Shown in pieces: positions 1-8,026 of a DNA stretch of 20,000 nucleotides. Within the stretch, counting starts at the first letter, position 1. Every line of letters starts with the position of its first letter. This stretch comes from Thelocarpon superellum (taxonomy: Eukaryota): NCBI GenBank assembly GCA_026025795.1, contig JAPEUG010000053.1:45211-65210 (forward strand), written 5' to 3'. The notes under the pieces are model-generated. The model saw only the letters and a program-made list of their open reading frames with translations, searched no databases and had not been told where the DNA came from. A program made the position numbers and the translations under genes.

Positions 1-151
1 CTCTGCTTCTTCTACAGCTTCTTTGTCAACCAGGATCTTGATCTGCAATTGTTGTAGCTTCTTTGTTCAAGGATATCCTGTGTTTGTTCTGCTCCTGTTC
101 TGCTTCCATCAATCCACTTCTGCCTCTGTTCTGCTTTTGCCAAACCTCACA

Positions 152-836
152 ATGTCTGCTGTGTTCCCTGAGCAGGTAGCTGCACCTAGCCCACCTCCTG
201 TGTTGGATCAGAGCACCTGTTAACACTGCATCAAGTGGATTAGCCACAACCACAGCCATAGGTGCCATAAGCCTAATCTGTATGGGAAGTGTGATAGGTG
301 CCAAACTGCTGGGCACCCCTGTCTCTTAGTACATTGATTGCTCTGCTACATAGCTGTACTGATTTGTTGACCAGATCCTGATGAAGTTTGTGGGATAGGT
401 GAACACCATCTTCTAGCTGCAAGAGCAGTACATGAACTTGCTCCTTCATCCTCCTACTAACACCATTGTAGTGGAATCACAGCTAGAGACCTATAGGTCT
501 AGCCTGCTGCTCCACATCTCAAAGTTCTGTTCTACTGTCAAATTCAATGAGTGTGGATAGTGTGACAGCAGCACTCTTCTTGCTGCAACTGAGCATTTGA
601 ACTTCCTCCTGATGGAGATCCTGAACCAGCTGTGCTACTTGGTAGGTGTCTGTGTTGTCTCTGCTGCTTGCTGGGTGTTGCTCACATTGTGGCAGAATCG
701 ATTCTCTACAGTCTGCCTGTTTGGTCCTGATGAGGACCCTGACCTTCTAGACAAACCACTTGAGGGTGAGGCTGCTCCTCAAGTGTGTGGTTTCACAATT
801 GGCAGAGTCAACCCTAGCACAAACCCCAGTTCCTGA
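152..836 (+). pseudogene. Mutated two-intron gene for a ~194-aa Cys6 (Zn2Cys6-like spacing) protein, antisense to pol; exons 152-328, 375-641, 696-836
   Basis: cacaATG at 152; exon 1 reads ...TC*HCIKWISHNHSHRCHKPNLYGKCDRCQTAGHPCLL (C-x2-C-x11-C-x8-C-x2-C-x6-C). Intron 329-374 is GTACAT...ACTGAT...CCAG and intron 642-695 is GTAGGT...GCTCAC...GCAG. Splicing joins track ORFs 23..223 and 597..836 into one frame; internal stops are TAA/TAG, consistent with C>T. Confidence 0.65.
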
Positions 837-1247
837 TCTGCTAGGTGTTGTGGATGTGGGCGTAGATTGACCCAAGATGCTCCATTGTCTCTATTGTCTA
901 TTGCCTCAACCCCAAGCCAAGGTCCTTCAGGGGGGACAATGACCTTAGAACCATCCCCAAGTGCTAGCTGCTAGGCCTTGCAGTCTGCAACTCCTCACAC
1001 CCCACATGGCTGAACAGTATCCAGCACTTCCCACATAGCTCTTGACAGAGCTGAGGCCTCCTGTTGTCCTCTAGCTGACAACTAGCTGCTTGTTGGTCAC
1101 ACCTTGTAGGTCCTTTCCTGTTGAGGTGATCTTTGTATCTCCTACTATGTGGTTAGGCCCTAGGCCCCCAGCTACTAGAAGCTAAGCCCACATGCCACTA
1201 GCTTTCTAGGTTGCTGTGGCTTCCCTACAGAGGGACTGAATCCATTC

Positions 1248-4200
1248 TTAATCAACTGCCTAGTGTTGTGCCTGTGATTGTCTTGTAGGAGCTGTAGGAT
1301 GCTTGTGTTGATGTTGTTTGAACTTGTTGAGTAGGTCTTGTGAGTGTAGCAGGTCTTCCTCAGGCACCTAGGAGTTGTGAGCCTCTGAGTATCCTTTCTA
1401 TTGTATAAGGTAGAGCTGCTTCCTATACTGCTTGTGTTCTACTAGTATAGACTCTATTTCCTATTTGTCTTTGCTGTTGATCTGGATAGGGCCTGGTTGC
1501 TCCTCATTGCTGTTGTCTCTCTGCCTGTGGGGTTCCAACAGGGAGATGTGGAACACAGGGTGTATCTTGCCCAGCTTGCTCCCTAGGTCCAATTAGTAGG
1601 CCTGCCTGCCTACTGCTTCCAATATGTGGAATGGGCTATAGTATTTTGTGTCAAGCTTCTTGCTTGGTCTTGTAGAGCAGATGTTGTGTGCTGATAGCCA
1701 CACCTGCTGTCCAACTGCATATGTCATTTGCTTTGTCTTGCAATTGTAGTATCTGGCCTGTGTTTTTTGGGCTTTCTAGAGCTGCTGCACAAGTTCCCCT
1801 TGTAGCTCCTGTAGGTGGCTAACCCTCTATGTGATATCTGGGACCTTGCAAGGGGGTGGATCCCTAGTCAGGTTGAGCACAGGGTTGTAGCTGTACATTG
1901 CATAGAACAGTGATACTCCCAACAAGGTGTGGCGACTGTTGTTGTAGGAGAATTTGGCTAGGGGTAGCTATTAGACCCAATTGTCTTGATGCTAGTTGAC
2001 ATAGCTGCAAAGGTATTGCTTAAGTGTCTAGTTCTGTTGTTCTGTCTGTCTGTCTGTTTGCAGATAGAATGCAGAGCTCAAGCAGTGCTTGATCCTTGTG
2101 TGGTAGCACAGTGTAGACTAGAAGCTTGCTGTGAACACTGTGCCTCTGTCAGAGACTATAGAGCTTAGTAGCCTATATCTGCTAACAACCTGCTCAATGA
2201 AGACATCTGCTAGCTCAGGTGTGTCAATTGTCTTGCAAACTGCAATGTAGCACACCATTTTGGTGAAGTGGTCTATGACAACTAAGATGGAGTTGTAGGC
2301 CTTCCTGCTGCTACCACTTGGGGGTAGGTTGGTGACAAAATCCATGGTTAGGTCTTTCCATAGTTCCAATAGTGGAGGAAGCAATTGTAGCTCTCCATAC
2401 TACTTGTGCCTTGCTAGCTTCATTTGTCTACACATAGCACAGGTAAGGATGTACTCCTCAATGTCCTAGGCCATAGTAGGCTAGCTGTACTTTTGCTGGA
2501 CCAGCTCTATAGTCCTGTGTACACCAAAGTGCCCTGCTAAAGGGTTGTCATAGTGGGTTTGCATAACCTCTGAGTGTCCTGCTCCCTAAGCAGGAACATA
2601 CAGGTGCCCCTTGTGGAGCACAAGGCTGTCTGTGTCCTTGCTCCATACCCCTGCAGGGTTGTTGTGTTCTTGTGTCAATGTATTAGTGTTGTCTTGCAGG
2701 AAGCCCTTCTGTGTCATATGTACAATGTTAGGGTCTGCTTGCTACAGTTCTGCAAGGACCTTGCAGAAATCGCTTGTAGCTTTGCTGTAGGCTGTCTTGG
2801 TGTGTGATGCTGCAATCACTGTTTGTCACAGTGTAATGCACACATGGCTGCCACTGCTAACAATCAGGGCAAGTGCTGCTGCTCCTCCTGGTTCACCTGT
2901 CACATGGGGTTGGTTGTGGCCAGCCATGGTATTGACAAACCATGTGGGAGTTCCCTGCTTGGGGGCAGTGGCTTGCTTGTAGTCTGGATGTCTTAATAGA
3001 GCATCAGCTGGGTTTAATCTCCCTGGCTGATGTATGATTTAGAAGTTATATTTGGATAGGTTGCTATACTACCTCTTGTGGTGTCCACTCAGTGTCTTAG
3101 CTGAGGTGAATGTGTGGAGATTGTTGTGATCTGTCACCACCTTGATCTAGTGTGCTGTACCCTGGAGGTAGTGTCTCCACTGTGCAAATGCTGTGACAAT
3201 TGCTAGCATCTCTAGGTTGCCTGTATTGTAGTTGTACTTAGTGTCTCTGAGCTTGCACAAGTAGAACACAATGGGTTGCTATTGGTGGTGTAGCTTCTCA
3301 TCTTCCTAGTGCTGCTAGCACAGGATTCCTGAGATGCCTATCTGTGAGGCATCTGTCTTGACCTGTAGGGGGAGGCAGGGATCAAAGTGGCCTAAGACTA
3401 GTGCCTTGGTGAAGGTGTTGTGTAGTTGTTTGAAGGATTGGTGAGCTTCCTGTGTCAACACCACAGGTGTGTTTGACTTCTTGCTTGGTGTCTTCACCAG
3501 TGCATTGAGTAGCTGCACAAGCTCTGCAAAGCCCTTGATGAAGCGCCTGTAGAAGTTCACAAATCCAATGAATGATTGGATATCCCTTGTAGTCTTGGGA
3601 GCTAGCCATTCTACAACAGCTTCCACCTTGCTAGGGTCTATATAGACCCCCTGAGGTGTGATGACATACCCTACAAAGGGGACTCTGTTGACATTGAACT
3701 GGCACTTTTCTAGCTTGAGAAATAGGCTGAGGTGTAGGAGGTGTTTAAGCACCTTGTGCATGTGCTGTGTGTGCTCAGCCTTGACTTCACTGTATATGAC
3801 AATGTCATCCAAGTATACTACACAGAAGTTGTCTAGGTATTCTGCTAGTCCTCTATTGATATAGCTCTAGAATGTAGCAGGGGTGTTGACAAGCCCAAAT
3901 GGCATCACCTGGTATTTGAAGTGTCTATATCTTGTTTGGAAGGCTGTCTTCCACTTATCCCTGTCCTTGATGCAGATCAGGTTGTACACAGTGTGTACAT
4001 CAAGCTTGGTGAACACCTTGCCCTGTGAGAGTCAATCTAGCAACTTGCTGATTAATGGTAGTGGGTGCTGGTTCTTCTTAGTGATCTTATTAAGACCCCT
4101 GTAGTCCATGCAGAGTTGCAGTCCCCCACCTAGCTTAGGTGTGAAGAGGACTAGAGCTCCTGCTAGTGACTTGGAATACTGGATGAACCCCTTTTCTAGG

Positions 4201-4967
4201 TTGGTTTCCATGTAGTCCTTGAGGACACTCAGCTCTGTAGCTGATAGGTTGTAGAGGGGCCCCTATAGTGGCTCTCCCTCTATGAGGTCAATGGCCATGT
4301 CATGTGGCCTGTGTTGTGGTAGCTGGTTTGCTAGCTCCTCAGAGAAGACCTGCTCAAGGTTGGAGTATTCAGGTAGTATAGATTGACTAGTAGACACAGC
4401 TACCATGATGTAGTGCTCTTGTTGGCTGTTGTCCTTGTAGGACATGTGGATTGTGAGGACACTGATGTGCTCCTACTCTACTACAGCAGCCAGCTCTCAG
4501 GCCTTCACAATTGTGATGTTGTTGCACTACTGCAGGACCTCGCCCCTGTGAGTCTATGTCTTTGTTGTCTAGCAGATGTCTGGGTTGTGCTTGTTAAGCT
4601 ACAGGTAACCTAGAACCATCTTGTACTAGTTGAACAGTGTAGCCACAAAGGAGTCCTTTGAGCCTAGGACCTGCCCTTTGCTGTCTCTAGCACAGCTGGT
4701 CAATTGCTTGACCCTATATGTAGAGATGCGATGTCCTCTGAATGCTATTACCTGTGGGGTAGGCTTGTCACAGTCACATAGCTGCAGCTCCTTAGCTAGC
4801 AGATGTGACACAAAGTTTTGTTCTACTCTAGAATTGATTAGCACTATGGCTGCAACTGTCCTGTTATCTTGCAGGATCTTAATCAGGACAACTAATTGTC
4901 TTGTGTTGGTCTCAGAATGGCAACTCAGTAGCACTGACACAATGTCTACTAAGCTCCTGCTTTTGGG
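1248..4967 (-). pseudogene. pol: Gypsy pol: aspartic protease, reverse transcriptase, RNase H, integrase with GPY/F, C-terminal chromodomain
   Basis: Protease LINSRVEQNFVS (degraded LIDSGAEQNF); RT YLDD at 3804-3815; RNase H TDASQIGISGIL; integrase MDFVTNLP...ILVVIDHFTKM and SIVSDRGTVF; IHPVFHISLLEP; chromodomain *EIESIL...YLIQ*KGYSEAHNS*VPEEDL at ~1320-1470. Track ORFs starting at 4940, 4445, 3812 and 2384 and the chromodomain are all in one frame. 3' end approximate. Confidence 0.95.
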
Positions 4968-6241
4968 TTGTGTGCTAGCTTCCCTTGCTTCTTGCCACAG
5001 CAGTCTTTCTCCTTATAGCCCTTGTAGCCACACTAGTTGCATTCACCACTAAACCTCTTTGACATTGTATGGGTTGAACTGCTGCTATGGTCCTGGGGCC
5101 TAGTTGACATAGATGAGGTGTTTGATGTTGACAGGGTGGACATGCAGTTCCACATACAGCTCCCTCCTGTCAACCAGTTTAGTAGGGATCAGCCTGACCA
5201 TGACATCAATTGACTGCTTCCACACAGCTGTGGCACTGATCCACAGCCCTGTTCAGGCCCCAAGCCTAGCCCTAGGGCCCTGCTTGCAGCCTGAGGGTTC
5301 AGGAGTTGCTGAACCTTGGACACCTCTGCTATTAGGCTCTCTTGATCAGTAGGGTGTTTGTCCTTAGCATCAAGTTCTTGTTGTATCTCTGGTAACAAGC
5401 CAGCCTGTAGCACTCCAACACAGGCTGTGTTGTCAATAGGGTCCATGAGGTCCTCTAGTAATTCCAGGTAGGATACAAAGCGAAATAGGTCCTGTCCTAG
5501 CTTCTGCTTTGCTCTATAGTATGACTGTGCTGCACTGTCAGCTCAGGTGTTGCTAGGGTTGATCAAAAGTTGGAAGAAGTCTTTGACTTCCTTCTAGGTT
5601 GTCAGTGGTGTGGCCCCTGCTTGCTTGTGTACAAACTGGTTGACTATGCTAGGTCCTAGCCAGTTGCTCATGAGGGTAAGCTAGTCCTCATCTGTCTTAT
5701 AGGTGTACAGCTTGGTTTGTAGAAGGTGTTTGACATAGTAGACCTAGTATTGCCACTTGTTGTAGGTGTGACTGTTGTAGTAGGGCAGATTACCCACATC
5801 CCTGTCCTTCTCCTCTCTGTGTCACTTCTGTGTGGTGCCTGAGGATGCAGACAAGTCAGGTGAATGGGGTTGTTGTTGAGGAGCGTTCCTAGCTGTCTGC
5901 TTGGGTGTGGTGTCAAGCTGTGTTTCTCTAGAGGTCTTATTGGTGGTTTCTCTAGGTGTGGTGTCTGTTGTGTGGCTCTGCCACCTAGCAATCTCTTGCT
6001 CTAGTTTTCGAATATCAGCTTCCTCCTTGAGGACATACAGCTGTTCTTCAAGGGTCTGCTTGTGTTGTAGGTAGGATATTGTGGCTGTAGGTGGTGTAGG
6101 GGCTTCTGTGCTTGTTGAGGCCTACTGGGTCTTATAGTCTTGTTGGCTGTCTGCTAAGATCTTGGTGTTGGTGTTGATGTTGTCAATCCTGGTCTTAGTG
6201 TCAGGTCTGCTTAACCCCTGCATGGCTCCTAGGTAGGACAT
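4949..6241 (-). pseudogene. gag: Gypsy gag with CCHC zinc knuckle
   Basis: ATG at 6241 is in frame with track ORF 5189..5446; capsid-like YRAKQKLGQDLFRFVSYLELLEDLM...LQAGLLPEIQQEL; knuckle CN*CGYKGYKEKDC at 5000-5041 (W>stop, H>Y by transitions); frame closes with TAG TAG at 4951-4946. Confidence 0.85.
4961..4967 (-). other. Candidate -1 ribosomal frameshift heptamer C CCA AAA at the gag/pol junction
   Basis: Gag codons AAC CCA AAA give X XXY YYZ in the correct phase, three codons before the gag stop; pol is in the -1 frame. Confidence 0.6.
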
Positions 6242-6304
6242 TGCTCAAGTCTCCACTATGGTGCCTGTCTGACTAGTTCCAGCTAGCACCCTGCTAGGTA
6301 TCTG

Positions 6305-6313
6305 AGTGTTCAA
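6305..6313 (-). other. Self-priming type primer-binding site (TTGAACACT)
   Basis: Lies 3 nt inside the LTR end; lacks the TGG of a tRNA-3'-end PBS; exactly complementary to AGTGTTCAA at 6437-6429 in the LTR. Confidence 0.7.
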
Positions 6314-6316
6314 AAC

Positions 6317-6791
6317 TGTGACAACAAAGGCCTACAGCTAGGCAGAAACAGTAGACATAGTCAATAGAGTTGACTCTATAGCTCCTAGGGCTTATAGACC
6401 TATAGCTAGCCTCCTTGTGTTACTTGAGTTGAACACTGGGGCTCTGCTAGCTTACAGCAGGACTTGGTTTATATACAGTGTGCTAGGTCATGTGCTGTAT
6501 CATGTGACCATCACATGGCCATCACATGATCACTCCTATCCTTGTAGCAAGGCGTGGAGCTCCTAGCCTCACAACTGCTAACTGATCTACAGGTCTGTTG
6601 GAATCACCACCTCTACTATGTCTACAGAGATCTAGCATACTCAAACTCCTTTGCCACCCTATCCCTGTGGTCTCACCTCCCTCCTAGCACACCTGCTAAC
6701 AACCCACAGCAGGTGTTCAACACTAGGATGAGTTACACCTAGATCACTATCAAGCACTTGTTTGGAAAGACCACCAATCTGTAGTGTTACA
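6317..6791 (-). repeat. 5' LTR (~475 bp), TGTAAC...GTCACA
   Basis: TG...CA termini with imperfect inverted ends (plus strand TGTGACA at 6317, TGTTACA ending 6791); 75 bp upstream of the gag ATG; internal TATA box; transposase-like coding sequence starts immediately at 6792. No partner LTR in the window to confirm. Confidence 0.78.
6468..6530 (-). promoter_or_regulatory. LTR promoter: TATATAAA (6475-6468) with four degraded RTCACGTG E-boxes upstream
   Basis: GTCATGTG 6487, ATCATGTG 6499, ATCACATG 6510, ATCACATG 6521, each one transition away from RTCACGTG; TATA box ~30 nt upstream of the predicted transcript start at ~6437. Confidence 0.6.
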
Positions 6792-6793
6792 AC

Positions 6794-6943
6794 CAATTCA
6801 ACATGTAGCTGTAGCTAGGCAACTAGCCCATTGGTTTGTATTATTAGACATCTGTTCTACTAACAAATATATACACATGTATAAAGCAGAGGCCAACCCT
6901 GTTCAACCTCCTCCCTCCATCACTAGAGGAATATCTCTTTCTA
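6794..6943 (+). pseudogene. C-terminal fragment of a PIF/Harbinger (DDE_Tnp_4/HARBI1-like) transposase
   Basis: Manual translation QFNM*L*LGN*PIGLYY*TSVLLTNIYTCIKQRPTLFNLLPPSLEEYLFL matches my recollection of the fungal Harbinger transposase tail P(V/I)GxYYxxAVLLTNxHTC...PP(S/T)LEEY(L/F). Absent from the ORF track because of stops. Confidence 0.72.
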
Positions 6944-6970
6944 GGTGAGTCCCTCCTGTCTACCACATGG

Positions 6971-8026
6971 CTACTGATTCTGCAGCTGACTGATGTAGGC
7001 AAGAAGCAGATTGATCTTTAAGTTAACCACCCTGACCTGGTCCCTTAACACCTCCACATTGTCACACAGATTGTCTTGTGAGTTGCCTGATCCCTGCACA
7101 TTCCATCTCTCAATTGTACTAACTAACTAGTTAAAGGAATCCACTATTGAGGTCAATGTGTCACTATCCCTCTTCCACTTCTAGCCACCTGCCAACAATG
7201 CTAGGGATGTCAACACTGTGGAGTTGTTAGAGGATTGTTGCAGCTGCCTAGGACACAGCTGCGCTAGGTGCCTAGGATGTCAATTGACATGGACACTAAC
7301 CAAAGGTAAGTTGTCCACTTCCATATCACTTTGTTCAATATCAACATCATTGTCAACAACCTCATCATCATCAGAGTCTTCTGCTAACAGTGAAACAGGG
7401 CCTCTTTCAGAACAAAGCTGCATCAGCAACTGATGTACATTGTCAGCCTCTCCCTGTCTCACAATTCTCTCCTCTTCAGTAATTTGTTTCACTTCTTTCT
7501 CTGTGTTGATATAGTCAATGTGCTCAAGCCATTGGTCAATGGATTGAGTCTTCTCTGTCACAGTGTGTTTGGTCCCTGTTGTTTCTCTTTCCTTCTCTTG
7601 TCATCGCTTTCTCTCTATATTTGCTATCTTGAGCCTTGTGTTTGAGAACCTCTTTCCTGTCTGCTGTTCAAGCTGGTTGCTAACCAGCTTCTAGAACACT
7701 TGCTTCTTCCTATACTGATGTACTGACTTGTGGCATATACAGATCTGAATGAGTTCAATCTCCTTGTCTTCTGTCAGCATTGACTGTGGATTGGAGAATG
7801 GAGGAGGACAACTAGAGGTGACAGGGGTGGAGGTTAGCCATTCCAAGGCTGTGGCTCCACTGCCTGAGCTATTGGCAGAGGGAGCAGGTGTGGCTGTGGC
7901 CTGACTACTGTGTCTTGTCAATTGAGGAGATGGACTAGGGGACCAGGTGGCAGGGGATGACAGAAGTGGCAGGTCTGGCAGGGAGTTCTTGGAGTGGGTC
8001 ACACAGAACAGAGGAAGCTGAGCCAT
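6971..8026 (-). pseudogene. Harbinger-type accessory ORF (~350 codons; Myb/SANT-like N-terminal region, acidic tract, basic NLS-like motif, C-terminal coiled coil)
   Basis: Track ORFs 7691..8107 and 7280..7561 share a frame that continues to TAG 6973-6971: LTEDKEIELIQICICHK...KKQVF*KLVSNQLEQQTGKRF...TQSIDQWLE...EDSDDDEVVDND...GG*KWKRD (restorable to RKRKR)...VEVLRDQVRVVNLKINLLLAYISQLQ. Start at ATG 8026 inferred; family call rests on architecture and position next to the transposase. Confidence 0.6.

Larger units (their letters stand above)
1..6791 (-). mobile_element. Degenerate Ty3/Gypsy LTR retrotransposon (chromovirus), 5' LTR at right, probably running off the left edge of the window
   Basis: Order LTR-gag(CCHC)-PR-RT-RNaseH-IN-chromodomain on the minus strand; many in-frame stops explained by C>T/G>A transitions. 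No second LTR copy seen in 1-1250, so the 3' LTR is inferred to lie beyond position 1 (left limit uncertain). Confidence 0.93.

Noticed and set aside
921..940. G-run resembling a polypurine tract
   Set aside because: On the plus strand, the wrong polarity for the minus-strand element, and no LTR copy follows.
1986..5352. Cys/Leu/Val-rich plus-strand ORFs over gag-pol
   Set aside because: Antisense artefacts of TG enrichment, with no splice signals or ordered Cys pattern, unlike the gene at 152-836.
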